A stretch of 64,000 nt of DNA from Candidatus Poribacteria bacterium (GTDB lineage Bacteria > Poribacteria > WGA-4E > WGA-3G). Positions 37,188 through 47,523 of the stretch are shown here, piece by piece. Location of the stretch: contig JAJEIE010000027.1 in NCBI GenBank assembly GCA_022827625.1, positions 174,827-238,826 of the forward strand. Direction: 5' to 3'. Within the stretch, counting starts at the first letter, position 1, and every line of letters begins with the position of its first letter. The translations under genes were made by a program, and so were the position numbers. The notes beneath the pieces were generated by a model. The model was not told where the DNA came from. It made no database searches and saw nothing but the letters and a program-made list of their open reading frames with translations.

Positions 37188-37994
37188 ATGTTTAATTTCA
37201 GCAACGAACAGATTGAACGCTACAGCCGACATATCATCCTCAAAGAGGTCGGCGGGATGGGGCAAACGCGGCTCCTCGAATCGAAAGTGCTGCTGATCGG
37301 TGCCGGTGGACTCGGCTCTCCTGTCGGGGTCTATCTCGCTGCTGCCGGAGTCGGGACGCTCGGTATCATTGATGATGATGTCGTTGACCTCAGCAACTTA
37401 CAACGCCAGATTTTACACGGGACCAGCGACATCGGTATCCCAAAGACGAAATCCGCAGAAGCCACTATCGCAGAGATGAATCCCGATGTCAAAGTGATAC
37501 CTTACAACGAGCGCATCACCTCAGAAAACGCCTTCCAAATTCTGGAACAATACGATCTGATTGTGGACGGATGCGATAATTTACCGACCCGTTACCTTCT
37601 CAACGATGCCTCCGTTATGTTAGGCAAACCGATTGTACATGGAAGTATCTTCCAGTTTGAAGGACAGGTCACGGTGCTTTATCCGGGTAAGGGCCCGTGT
37701 TACCGATGCCTCTATCCAGAACCACCGCCACCCGGAATGGTGCCGAGTTGTCAAGAAGCAGGTGTCTTTGGGGTGTTACCGGGCATCATCGGGACGATCC
37801 AAGCCGTTGAAGCGATTAAAATCCTGCTGGACATTGGTGAACCCTTAATCGGCAGCCTCCTACTTTTCAACGCGCTCACAATGGATTTTAAACGACTGAA
37901 ACTTCGTCAGGATGACGGTTGCCCGATGTGTGGTGAAAATCCCACAATCCACGAACTGATTGATTACGAGGAATTCTGTCAAGTTCGGTGGTAA
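37188..37994 (+). CDS. MoeB/ThiF-family E1-like adenylyltransferase (sulfur-carrier protein activating enzyme)
   Basis: Has 'RYSRHIIL', 'LLIGAGGLGSP', 'DDDVVDLSNLQRQ', 'CYRCLYPEPP' and 'CPMCGENP'. Confidence 0.85.
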   Translation: MFNFSNEQIERYSRHIILKEVGGMGQTRLLESKVLLIGAGGLGSPVGVYLAAAGVGTLGIIDDDVVDLSNLQRQILHGTSDIGIPKTKSAEATIAEMNPDVKVIPYNERITSENAFQILEQYDLIVDGCDNLPTRYLLNDASVMLGKPIVHGSIFQFEGQVTVLYPGKGPCYRCLYPEPPPPGMVPSCQEAGVFGVLPGIIGTIQAVEAIKILLDIGEPLIGSLLLFNALTMDFKRLKLRQDDGCPMCGENPTIHELIDYEEFCQVRW

Positions 37995-38024
37995 ATCCAG
38001 GCACGGATTTAGAAGTCGGTATAC

Positions 38025-38405
38025 ATGTCACAACAAACACGGGTTGTTTACTATCGTGAAGAAAGTGGTCGAGTTCCAATTGAAAAATGGCTTATGGACT
38101 TGCCCAGACAGCACTATGGGAAATGTCTGTCATCAATTAGGAGGTTACGCGGGGCGGGTCATCTACTCCGGCATCCACATGCACACGTCCTGGAAGATGG
38201 AATCTGCGAACTGAGACCGAGGTACGGTAAAGTCCGGTACCGGATACTCTATTTTTGGCACGGCGAAGGTACTATAGTCATTTCTCATGGATTCGTCAAA
38301 AAGACTGCCAAGGTCCCGCAACGCGAAATAGAACGGGCACACAACCGAAAACGTCTATTTGAACAGAATCCTGATCTTCATACACAGGAGGCCCGCAATG
38401 TTTGA
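38025..38405 (+). CDS. Type II toxin, RelE/ParE superfamily (HigB/Gp49-like)
   Basis: Has 'ELRPRYGKVRYRILYFWHGEGTIVISHGFVKKTAKVP'. Confidence 0.65.
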   Translation: MSQQTRVVYYREESGRVPIEKWLMDLPRQHYGKCLSSIRRLRGAGHLLRHPHAHVLEDGICELRPRYGKVRYRILYFWHGEGTIVISHGFVKKTAKVPQREIERAHNRKRLFEQNPDLHTQEARNV

Positions 38406-39213
38406 TAAAGACCCTACCGTAAATACCCGTAATATCAAGAAGAGTTTGTTTGATGAGAATCCCAAAATGCTGGAGGAGTTTGAGGAAGAGGAAATTAAAT
38501 TGGATATTGCCGAACATATCTATTATTTACGCGATGCTACTGGGCAAACGCAAGAAGAATTTGGAGAATTGGTCGGCATTGACTCTGTTATTATTGATGA
38601 CCTTGAGGAATCGGACTATGAAGGCGACTCCCTTGCAGTCCTCGCGCACATTGAAAAAGCTCTCCGCAGACACGTCGAAGCACCTATTAAACCAGCAGAA
38701 GATGTCTATCCGAATGCCCTACTCACTGCAACCATAACCGGGCTCAAATTGAGATTGTTCCGGTACCATATCGGCAGAAAAACGAGCTTGACGAACAACG
38801 AAGGATTTGGGACACATTTAAACCAAGATAAACACTATATCCTCAACGAGTTAGAACCGTGGCAAGAGGCTCTACAGCGTAATAAGCAGGAGCTTCGGAT
38901 GTTCGCCCTTGCGGAGATGACGGAGTGGTGCCACCTTGATGGGGGCCTGCGAGGCAATTTCTCTGGAGACCCCAACGCATACATCCAAGCAGCAGCGATA
39001 CACAACCAGTTAATTGAAGCTCTCGAACACTATATCCAAACAGATGAACGCACTGCCTTCAAGCAGTGGCAAGAAAATATAGGGAAACAGGGAGAGACAC
39101 GCTATATCAATGAATTGGAAGCTGCGCTGCAACAAAAAATCTTTGAAGAGTTCCCAGACACAGAATGGCTTGTTCAGGTGCTTCTTGGATTCCTAAAAAC
39201 GTCCGTACTATAG
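38398..39213 (+). CDS. XRE-family HTH antitoxin (HigA-like) with an unusually long C-terminal extension
   Basis: An RBS 'aggagg' precedes the ATG at 38398. The HTH is 'LRDATGQTQEEFGELVGIDSVIIDDLE'. The protein overlaps the toxin gene by 8 nt and is 272 aa long. Confidence 0.55.
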   Translation: MFDKDPTVNTRNIKKSLFDENPKMLEEFEEEEIKLDIAEHIYYLRDATGQTQEEFGELVGIDSVIIDDLEESDYEGDSLAVLAHIEKALRRHVEAPIKPAEDVYPNALLTATITGLKLRLFRYHIGRKTSLTNNEGFGTHLNQDKHYILNELEPWQEALQRNKQELRMFALAEMTEWCHLDGGLRGNFSGDPNAYIQAAAIHNQLIEALEHYIQTDERTAFKQWQENIGKQGETRYINELEAALQQKIFEEFPDTEWLVQVLLGFLKTSVL

Positions 39214-40529
39214 GCTATCGCAGACTTCATAAGTTTCAACGCCGTGTGAATCTGAGGGAGTTCCTCAAACCCATAAGAGATACGGAACTGCCGCTTTCCA
39301 ATCTCGACCATCTCGCCTTTCGGGTGGACGCAGTGTTCACCGGGGATATAAATCACCTTCGGATGTTGGGCATCTGACGGACCATCAATACGCGCTTTTC
39401 CAGTCGTCCGCGTCAAGAACCTGAAGAAATCGGATGTCGCATCGGTTCTAATCTGCTTCAGCGTCAGATAGTAATAGAACCCGGCACTCCCGCCCCGACA
39501 CTCCTGAACACTATCACCCAATAATTCCGTTATCCAGTTTCTGACTGCTTTTGCTTTCTGATGGTACCCATTGTTAACTTTCTCGATTTGTGCTTCAATA
39601 CCGTGGTCGAGGAGATAACTTGCGATTTCCTGATTGATTAATGGCGCGCTGAAACCGATGTCGCTTGTGCGTTGGATAATGCCATTTAAAAAGGCTCCCT
39701 TGGGTCCGATGAGATAGCCGATGCGTAAGCCGGGGGCGAGAATTTTTGACAACGTACCAATCTCATAAACGATACCGAGTTCATCGTAGCAGAGCGCGGA
39801 TGCCAACGGTTCAACGGCACTGTCATGCACGAGATCGCTATAGGCGTTGTCAAAAAAGAGTGGGATTTTCCTGCCGACTTCATAAGAGAGTTGTGTAACA
39901 ATATCGACCAATTCTCTCTTACGGGTATTAGAGAGAATCGTGCAGGTTGGATTGTTAACCGTCACAATATAAAAAAATTGGATTGCCTGTTTCTGATTAC
40001 CGAGTGCTGCTAATTGTGCCTTCAAACGTGTGGTGTCGAGACCTTCGTTATCCTCCGGGACGGCTATAATGTTGAAACCTTTCCGCGCCAAATCGTTACA
40101 GTAAATGTAGTACATCGGGTCTGCAGTAAGCACAAAACCATCGGGAAGGAGGTGTGTAATGCTCTCCAATAGACTCGTCGCGCCGTTCGCACCGATGACG
40201 ATGTCTCGGCTATCGAAAGTCTCTTCAGTTATACCGCCAATTCGGTTTTCAATATAGAATCTCTTGAGTGATTTGATTAAATTTGGCGATCCCTGCGAGC
40301 CGCCATAATTGAGGGCAGCGCGATATTTTATTGGGTCGGCAAGGACTTTTTCGCAGGCGAGTTGAATTTGTTGATGTGGGATCGTCTGTTCGTTGACATA
40401 TCCCACGCCGAGATTGATGTCACATGCGTCTCGAAAACCGACAGCGAAGTCAGTCATCAGTTGATTAACGGCGGAAGGGACACTTGACGCTTTTCCGTAC
40501 GTGGAAAGCAAAACATCGCGAATCTTCAT
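39174..40529 (-). CDS. PLP-dependent aminotransferase (class I/II fold)
   Basis: Has 'GTLSKILAPGLRIGYLIGP' with the Lys and Arg positions typical of AAT-like enzymes. Confidence 0.65.
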   Translation of the reverse strand: MKIRDVLLSTYGKASSVPSAVNQLMTDFAVGFRDACDINLGVGYVNEQTIPHQQIQLACEKVLADPIKYRAALNYGGSQGSPNLIKSLKRFYIENRIGGITEETFDSRDIVIGANGATSLLESITHLLPDGFVLTADPMYYIYCNDLARKGFNIIAVPEDNEGLDTTRLKAQLAALGNQKQAIQFFYIVTVNNPTCTILSNTRKRELVDIVTQLSYEVGRKIPLFFDNAYSDLVHDSAVEPLASALCYDELGIVYEIGTLSKILAPGLRIGYLIGPKGAFLNGIIQRTSDIGFSAPLINQEIASYLLDHGIEAQIEKVNNGYHQKAKAVRNWITELLGDSVQECRGGSAGFYYYLTLKQIRTDATSDFFRFLTRTTGKARIDGPSDAQHPKVIYIPGEHCVHPKGEMVEIGKRQFRISYGFEELPQIHTALKLMKSAIAYSTDVFRNPRST

Positions 40530-40557
40530 GTCTATCTATTATGTTGAGGTCGCTGAC

Positions 40558-41478
40558 TTATAGCAGCGCGTTGAGGGCAGACTCAAGCGTCCGGTAGTAA
40601 AATTCGTAACCACTCGCCTCGGTTCTCTCAGGGATAACGTTCTGGCTCAGCACAATGAAGTCCGCGAATTCACCCATCATTAGTTTTAATCCGAAAATCG
40701 GAACCGGAAACAGTGTCGGTCGCCGTAGTACCGCACCGAGTGTTTTCGTGAATTCTATGTTCCTAACTGGCGTCGGGGCGGTAGCGTTTAAGGGACCATG
40801 AATCTGACTGCTCTCCAGCGCGTGGAGCAGAATACCGACGACATCGTCAATATGTATCCACGACATCCACTGCCTACCGTTGCCGAGTATGCCACCGATG
40901 CCTATCTTGAAAGGTGGAAGTACCTGTTGGAGAAGCCCGCCACCTAACCCAAGCACAAGCCCGATGCGTACCAAGACCACCCGAATACCGAACTCACTCG
41001 CTTTCTGTGCCTCTGCTTCCCATTCCGCACAGACCTCGGCGAGGAAATCCGTGCCAGCAGGGGATGCCTCTGTGAGACTTTCGTGGTTGTTCCCGCCGTA
41101 ATATCCAATTGCTGATGCACAAACGAGTGTTTCAGGTTTAGGATCTGCCTCGCTGAGAGAGGCAATAAGGTTCCGTGTGGAGAGGATCCGACTGTCCCGT
41201 ATTTTCCGTTTCTTTTCAGCGTTCCATCTACCGGCAATAGTTTCGCCCACCAGATGGATGACGGCGTTCGTATCTGATGTAGCTTCTATCGGTAATTTTT
41301 CGGTTTCTGGGTTCCAGCCGTAGACTGCTTTTGCTGAATCCAATTTACTTTGGGCGCGTGCTGGATCACGTGATAGGACGTAGACTGCATCGCCTTTTTG
41401 GTGAAGGGCATCACAAACTCGACTGCCGATGAAACCCGTACCACCACTGACCAATACATTTGCCATTTTTTTCTCCAT
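40558..41478 (-). CDS. TIGR01777/YfcH-type NAD-dependent epimerase/dehydratase family protein (SDR39U1-like)
   Basis: Has 'MANVLVSGGTGFIGS' and an overall length and motif layout that match this family. The likely start is at 41466. Confidence 0.65.
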   Translation of the reverse strand: MEKKMANVLVSGGTGFIGSRVCDALHQKGDAVYVLSRDPARAQSKLDSAKAVYGWNPETEKLPIEATSDTNAVIHLVGETIAGRWNAEKKRKIRDSRILSTRNLIASLSEADPKPETLVCASAIGYYGGNNHESLTEASPAGTDFLAEVCAEWEAEAQKASEFGIRVVLVRIGLVLGLGGGLLQQVLPPFKIGIGGILGNGRQWMSWIHIDDVVGILLHALESSQIHGPLNATAPTPVRNIEFTKTLGAVLRRPTLFPVPIFGLKLMMGEFADFIVLSQNVIPERTEASGYEFYYRTLESALNALL

Positions 41479-41486
41479 GGTGTTTT

Positions 41487-42215
41487 TTAATTTGAAAGTT
41501 CAGCGATAACAGTTTCCAATTGTCGATAGTCGTCAACAACTGCATCGCTGAGCGTATCATTTGTTTCTGATTTATTGAAGCCTGTGAAGCGGATTGCCTT
41601 CATACCCGCCTTTTTCGCACCGACGATATCTGTTCGGTAGATATCGCCGATATGCACAGCTTCCGTTGGTTCGGCGTTGAGTTGTGCTAAAGTTGCGTGG
41701 AACTGCGGCACTTCCGGTTTTGTGTATTCGGTTTCGTCAGAGAACGTGAATGCCGAAAAGAATTGTAGAATACCGTCCCGGTCCATCAGTTGCCGTGCGA
41801 AACTACCAGGTGTTAGTGCTGAATCCGAGATAATTCCGAGGGGATAGTTTTCGCTCAATCGCGAAACAACAGGTTTGACGTTCGCTATCATGATTGGTGG
41901 TGCTTCTAAAAAAGCAGCACCGAGGCACGCAACCAACTGATCGAGATCTGCTGCTTCGAGTTGAATCTCCAGCACCTCTGCAAACCGCATCATGCATCGC
42001 TTTACAGATACGCCTCGATGTTGATGCCATAGCGTCATTACTACGTTGTATGCCTCTTCAAGTCCGAAGCCTATGTCATCTAACCCGCAAGTGTAGCCGC
42101 GACTCTCCAAATACACATGGCACTTTTTCGTACGGATTGCTTGGCGTTTTTGCCAATTTTCTTCGGAGTCGGCATAAAGGGTCTGCCAAAAATCAAATGT
42201 AATCGCTTTGAGCAT
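41487..42215 (-). CDS. HAD-superfamily hydrolase (subfamily IA)
   Basis: Has 'ITFDFWQTL' (motif I, DxD-like) and 'VHIGDIYRTDIVGAKKAG'. Confidence 0.7.
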   Translation of the reverse strand: MLKAITFDFWQTLYADSEENWQKRQAIRTKKCHVYLESRGYTCGLDDIGFGLEEAYNVVMTLWHQHRGVSVKRCMMRFAEVLEIQLEAADLDQLVACLGAAFLEAPPIMIANVKPVVSRLSENYPLGIISDSALTPGSFARQLMDRDGILQFFSAFTFSDETEYTKPEVPQFHATLAQLNAEPTEAVHIGDIYRTDIVGAKKAGMKAIRFTGFNKSETNDTLSDAVVDDYRQLETVIAELSN

Positions 42216-42496
42216 TGAGCTTTCCTATTCTTAAATCGTTTTATTTTCTTCTCCAATTTTCACTGTTCTCGGAATCGTTTGGATACTATTTCTGTGTTCC
42301 ACCATAACACCTCTCACACGAGTGAAAGGAGGACTTAGGTCCTATGATCTTGATTTTATTTTACAGTATTTGTTGAAAAAAGTCAATTAATACGTCGTTT
42401 GGTCGGCACAAAATGGTGTGAGCAAAAGAGGTACCCGCCGGTAACGAAGCACATCACCCGTTAGCATTACGCAATGGAATTTTCACGCAAAAACGT

Positions 42497-44080
42497 GTGC
42501 TCGTCAAAATAGGCTTGCAATTTCCTCTTAAAAGTGATACCATTAATATATTGATATGTTGCGTCCGATGTGTACGGAGGAATACGAAAGTGCGACTGAA
42601 TCGTCGAATTATTCCGGGGTATACAACCACCCGACTCATATTCGTCTATTTCATCGTTGGACTCGGCATGCTGGTCTTCGGATTTGTCTACTACAACCGG
42701 CAAATCTCAGAGTTAAACGCCGATATAGATGCCCAGATAGATATTTTTGCGGATCTGGCAGCGGAACTCCCCAGTGTTGAGGATCGGGAGTTTCAATTGA
42801 AGTTAATAGAGATTGTCAAGAAGTCATTCGCCGGAGGACGAGCACGCGCATTTTCGTTTATTATCACGGATGCAGAAGGAAATATTTTAATCACGCGAGG
42901 GGTTGACCTAAAATTAGATGCTAAGATTGACAATTTGGATGTACATGTCAACCCAAATCAAGGGATTTCGTTAACAGAGGACGAGAGTGTCTTGTTGCAG
43001 TCGACCTTATCACGGATGCGGAAAAAAAATGCGCCCCGTGAAATACTGATGCTCCTTGAAGATAGGCAGTTAAAAGGGTATATTTACTATGGCGATGTGG
43101 CACCGAGTGAAATGACGCACCTCCCGTTTGTGATAACCGATACGACGGGTGCCCCACAGAAATGGCAGATATGGGGGGATGTGATTACGGCTGATAAGGC
43201 GACCGCGCAGCAACGTGAACGCGCCGAAATCTTCGTTCAGAACGCGCAGGCATCCTCTGTGATTGAAACGACACCTGAATGGCATATTGGCTACTTCTAT
43301 TATGAGAGTAAGCCATATTATGGGTTAATAGTACCCTTTATCGTCCCAATTATTCTGTTAGCCTTCGGGATCGTCTGTTTCCTGATTTATCAACGCATAA
43401 GGTCTTATGAACACTCAGCAATTTGGGGGGGCTTGGCGAAGGAGACTGCGCATCAACTCGGAACGCCAATTTCGTCGTTATTGGCGTGGACAGAGCTCTT
43501 GCATGAACGCAGCAAAGAGACAGCCGATCCGACACTCGTTGAACTTGCTACCAGTATGCAAAACGACCTGGAGCGATTACAGAAAACAACTGCCCGCTTC
43601 GGGATGATTGGTACACAACCGCCTCAAACTGAAGTCCATTTGGACGATATTTTTCAGGAAGTTCGACTCTACTTTGAGAAACGGCTACCGCATATTAGTC
43701 GCCGTGTTGAAATTCGGCTCATACGGCACAACATACCGACCATCCTCGCAAATGCCCTGCTGTTACACTGGGTGTTTGAAAATCTGATTCGCAATTCATT
43801 GGATGCTATGGATAAGGCGGATGGATGGATCGAGATTGAAGCGACGCACGAGAAGCGCGCTGGCGATATTGCCATACGGTACGCCGACAATGGAAGCGGC
43901 ATCGCCCGCGAAAATCAGCGAAAAATCTTTGAACCCGGAATGTCTACAAAGGCACACGGATGGGGACTCGGATTGACAGTCGTCCAACGCATTATCCGTG
44001 AGTATCATCACGGCAGTATTCGTATTGTGAAAACGAGTCCTGAAGGAACGACTTTTGAAATTCGGTTGCCTGTCGCATAG
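42497..44080 (+). CDS. Sensor histidine kinase (PorY-like partner of the downstream REC-PglZ regulator)
   Basis: Has TM segments and the HisKA motif 'ETAHQLGTPISSLLAWTELL'. The HATPase_c motifs are 'NLIRNSLDAM', 'DNGSGI' and 'GWGLGL'. Confidence 0.8.
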   Translation: MLVKIGLQFPLKSDTINILICCVRCVRRNTKVRLNRRIIPGYTTTRLIFVYFIVGLGMLVFGFVYYNRQISELNADIDAQIDIFADLAAELPSVEDREFQLKLIEIVKKSFAGGRARAFSFIITDAEGNILITRGVDLKLDAKIDNLDVHVNPNQGISLTEDESVLLQSTLSRMRKKNAPREILMLLEDRQLKGYIYYGDVAPSEMTHLPFVITDTTGAPQKWQIWGDVITADKATAQQRERAEIFVQNAQASSVIETTPEWHIGYFYYESKPYYGLIVPFIVPIILLAFGIVCFLIYQRIRSYEHSAIWGGLAKETAHQLGTPISSLLAWTELLHERSKETADPTLVELATSMQNDLERLQKTTARFGMIGTQPPQTEVHLDDIFQEVRLYFEKRLPHISRRVEIRLIRHNIPTILANALLLHWVFENLIRNSLDAMDKADGWIEIEATHEKRAGDIAIRYADNGSGIARENQRKIFEPGMSTKAHGWGLGLTVVQRIIREYHHGSIRIVKTSPEGTTFEIRLPVA

Positions 44081-44190
44081 AACCAGCTTCACTGGCATTG
44101 GCAGTAAGTGGGAAATATCCCGCAACCTGACACTCGCTGAGGCGAAATTTGGCGATGTGCTACGACTGGGCGGGTTATATAAGTTTAAGT

Positions 44191-45759
44191 ATGTCACAAA
44201 CGCACCAAATCTTATGGATTGATGATGAAATAGAAGCGTTGCAACCGCATATTCATGTGCTACGCGAACGAGGTTATGCTGTCACCCCCGTCACAAACGG
44301 CGAGGATGGTGTCGCGCTCTTAAAGAATCGAGAGACGCAGTACAATGCCATCCTCCTGGATCAAGTCATGCCCGGTAAAGATGGGATAGCGACCCTTGAT
44401 GCCATCCGCAGTATTGACGCACAAATTCCGGTCGTCCTTGTTACGCAATCGAGTGATGAGCATTTTGTAGAAGTCGCCTTGGGAAAACAGGTGACCGATT
44501 TTTTGGTGAAACCGATTGGTGTCGCCCAAATTGCTTCAACGCTAAAACGCATCCTTGATCAACCACAAATAGTTGTCAATCAAATTCCGAGTCAGTATAC
44601 CGCTGACTTCAATATGATACGCACGTTGAAGGACTCAGCACCCACTTGGCAGGACTGGGTTGATATCTACGTGAAGTTATTGGAGTGGGACTTGGTTTCT
44701 GAACGCCTGGCTGAAGGTGGGCTTCAGGAGACGCACCTTGCGCAAAAAAAGGAGTGCAATACTGAATTCTCCGATTTTGTTGAGGCACATTACCGGGACT
44801 GGGTCGCAGGCAGCCCGGATTCGCCACCCCTCTCAGTAGATGTCTTAGATCGGTACGTTATACCCAAGCTCCAAGCCGGAAAATCTGTCTATTTTATTGT
44901 TGTTGATTGCTTCCGTTTAGACCATTGGCTGGCAGTAGAACCCCTTCTTTACCCATATTTCTCCATTGATCGACAATATAGTTTTTCAATCCTACCGAGT
45001 GCGACGATGTATTCGCGTAACGCTCTGTTTAGTGGGTTATTCCCAGCAGAGATTGCTGAACGCTATCCAGAGTATTGGCAGGAGGAATCTGATGGGAGCA
45101 CGAGCACGAATCGTTATGAGCGGCAGCTCCTTGAAGCGCATCTGAGCCGCAGCGGTATTAAGCTGAAACCGGGGCTGCAATACTTCAAAATTTTCGATGC
45201 TCGCGGCGGGAATACCTATAAAAAGCGGGTTGCAGCGACTAAACGCACCAGTCTTTCAGGTTTGGTTATCAACTTCATTGATATTTTAACACATCAACGT
45301 TCACAATCGGATGTCCTCCAGCAGCTCGCACCTGACGAGGCAGCATTCCGTACCTTAGCCCACTCATGGTTTTCGCATTCGGTGCTTTTTGATATTTTGC
45401 GCATCATTGCGGCACGCGATGCCACTGTCGTCCTCACAAGCGACCACGGCTCTGTCTTCTGCAATCGCGCGACACCTGCTTTTGGAAATCGAGAGACGAC
45501 GACGAGTCTACGGTTTAAAATCGGGGCGAATTTAGGGTGCGAAGAGGGAAATGCGGTCTATCTCCGTAACCCTCAAGATTATCGGCTGCCCGCCGAGACT
45601 GCAAGTAAGGACTATATTCTCGCAAAAGACGATTACTATTTCGTCTATCCGAACGATTTTTATAAGTATAAAAGGCAGTTTCAAGGAGGATTCCAGCACG
45701 GCGGCATTTCGATGGGCGAATTGATAACGCCTGTCGTGACGCTGACACCGCGGCTGTAG
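44191..45759 (+). CDS. Response regulator with CheY-like receiver + PglZ (alkaline-phosphatase-like) output domain (PorX-like)
   Basis: The REC domain shows 'ILWIDDE...LLDQVMPGKDG...FLVKP'. The C-terminal 'YFIVVDCFRLDHW...TMYSRNALFSG' is a PglZ core. The start is chosen at 44191; the ATG at 44149 is also possible. Confidence 0.7.
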   Translation: MSQTHQILWIDDEIEALQPHIHVLRERGYAVTPVTNGEDGVALLKNRETQYNAILLDQVMPGKDGIATLDAIRSIDAQIPVVLVTQSSDEHFVEVALGKQVTDFLVKPIGVAQIASTLKRILDQPQIVVNQIPSQYTADFNMIRTLKDSAPTWQDWVDIYVKLLEWDLVSERLAEGGLQETHLAQKKECNTEFSDFVEAHYRDWVAGSPDSPPLSVDVLDRYVIPKLQAGKSVYFIVVDCFRLDHWLAVEPLLYPYFSIDRQYSFSILPSATMYSRNALFSGLFPAEIAERYPEYWQEESDGSTSTNRYERQLLEAHLSRSGIKLKPGLQYFKIFDARGGNTYKKRVAATKRTSLSGLVINFIDILTHQRSQSDVLQQLAPDEAAFRTLAHSWFSHSVLFDILRIIAARDATVVLTSDHGSVFCNRATPAFGNRETTTSLRFKIGANLGCEEGNAVYLRNPQDYRLPAETASKDYILAKDDYYFVYPNDFYKYKRQFQGGFQHGGISMGELITPVVTLTPRL

Positions 45760-45805
45760 AACGCAGCGCGGTGCCTCTTAGAAACAGGCACGATAGGAGG
45801 GAACA

Positions 45806-47374
45806 ATGGAAAAGGAGATACTTATTTCTGATGATGAGTATGAAACGCGCTGTGCGGTGCTTGAAGCAGGAGTGGTGACGGAGATTTATATTGAACGGAA
45901 AGCGGCGACGCAAACATTGGGAAATCTTTACAAAGGACGCGTTGAAAATGTTTTACCCGGCATGCAGGTAGCCTTCGTTGATATCGGGTTGGATAGACAT
46001 GCATTCCTGCATATTTCTGATCTGAAATACGAGAGTGTGAGTGAAGGCGAGATCGAAAATGGGAATGGAAGATCCGCGAGGAACGCTGTTGTTGTTGATT
46101 TGAAGGCGAAGCAGCCCAATCAATCTCGGGGTGGACGCGGGTTCCCGTTTTTGATAAGTGACCTCATCTCTAAGAAGCAGGAACTTCTTGTCCAAGTCGG
46201 CAAAGAACCTATCGGCACAAAAGGGGCGCGCGTCACAAGTAACATCACGCTTCCAGGACGGTATGTCGTTTACATGCCGAATTCTTCAAATATTGGCGTG
46301 TCCCGTCGAATTGAGTCACCGGCTGAACGCGATAGGCTACGAGATATGGCGAAGACGATTAAAGCCGATGTTGAAGGCGGTTTTATCATACGCACTGCCG
46401 CCGAAGGCTTGAGCGAAGACGAGTTCGCAGCTGAAATCCGATACCTCATTGGTCAGTGGAAACAGACTTGTGACCGTGCCAAACGAAAATCCGCCCCCAG
46501 TCTCATCAGTGGAGACCTTAGTTTCACGAATAGAATTGTTCGCGATATGCTCACGAAGGAGGTCAAGCAGCTCCTTATTGATTCAAAAACGGGCTACGAA
46601 GAGGTTCTGGATTACGTTTCTTCGGTTATGCCTGACTTGGAACCGAGGGTGTCGCTCTATAAGGATAATACAACGCTCTTTGATGCCTATGGTGTAGAAC
46701 GTGCGCTTAAAGACGCACTCAGTGAGAAGATTTGGCTCAAGTGTGGTGGACACATCATCATTCAACAGACCGAAGCGATGGTCTCAATTGATGTCAATAC
46801 GGGTCGGTTTGTGGGGAAGTCGGATCCAGATAACACGATTCTCAGTGCCAATCTTGAGGCTGTTGAGGAAGTTGTCCGCCAAATTCAATTGCGAGATTTA
46901 GGAGGTATTATTGTTGTCGATTTCATCGATATGGAAGATGCCTCACACCGAAAGCAGGTCTTTAAGTTGCTCCAAGAGGCACTCCGGAAAGATCGCGCCC
47001 GCACGAATATCTTGCACTTCTCGGATTTAGGGCTCGTTGAGATGACCCGCCAACGCACGCGGCCGAGTCTTGCCACCTTATTGATGGAAGATTGTCCGTA
47101 TTGTGATGGACACGGCACGGTGCTATCAATTGAAACTGTTGTTATTCAGCTGCTCCGTGCGATAAAGTTGGCGCATCACCAAACGCGGCAGTCCGAGTTA
47201 CGCGTTATGGCTAATGATTATGTCGTTTCGCACATCAAGTCCGAAATGGCAAATAAATTGCGGGAACTCAGACGCACCTTGAAATTAAATCTGACCCTTG
47301 AATCTGATGCTGACCTCCACCTCGAAGATTATCGAATCTTTGTAGGCAAAGGTAAAGAACTATTTCTGGATTGA
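45806..47374 (+). CDS. rng: Ribonuclease E/G family endoribonuclease (RNase G-like)
   Basis: Has an N-terminal S1 domain 'GNLYKGRVENVLPGMQVAFVDIG' and the catalytic-region motifs 'VDVNTG' and 'DFIDM'. Confidence 0.8.
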   Translation: MEKEILISDDEYETRCAVLEAGVVTEIYIERKAATQTLGNLYKGRVENVLPGMQVAFVDIGLDRHAFLHISDLKYESVSEGEIENGNGRSARNAVVVDLKAKQPNQSRGGRGFPFLISDLISKKQELLVQVGKEPIGTKGARVTSNITLPGRYVVYMPNSSNIGVSRRIESPAERDRLRDMAKTIKADVEGGFIIRTAAEGLSEDEFAAEIRYLIGQWKQTCDRAKRKSAPSLISGDLSFTNRIVRDMLTKEVKQLLIDSKTGYEEVLDYVSSVMPDLEPRVSLYKDNTTLFDAYGVERALKDALSEKIWLKCGGHIIIQQTEAMVSIDVNTGRFVGKSDPDNTILSANLEAVEEVVRQIQLRDLGGIIVVDFIDMEDASHRKQVFKLLQEALRKDRARTNILHFSDLGLVEMTRQRTRPSLATLLMEDCPYCDGHGTVLSIETVVIQLLRAIKLAHHQTRQSELRVMANDYVVSHIKSEMANKLRELRRTLKLNLTLESDADLHLEDYRIFVGKGKELFLD

Positions 47375-47466
47375 GGCTGGCTTGATAATGTCCGCTTTGA
47401 CGTTTACTCTGTAGGAGGGATTTCCAAATCCCGACTTCTTCCTCTGGTGTAACGGAAAAATCTGAA

Positions 47467-47495
47467 TTGACAACGGCACATTTTTAGTGTATAAT
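47467..47495 (+). promoter_or_regulatory. Consensus sigma-70 promoter TTGACA-17nt-TATAAT for rplU-rpmA
   Basis: Hexamers read directly from the sequence. Confidence 0.6.
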
Positions 47496-47523
47496 TTTAA
47501 TCAGAAAGGAGTGATATAGAAAA

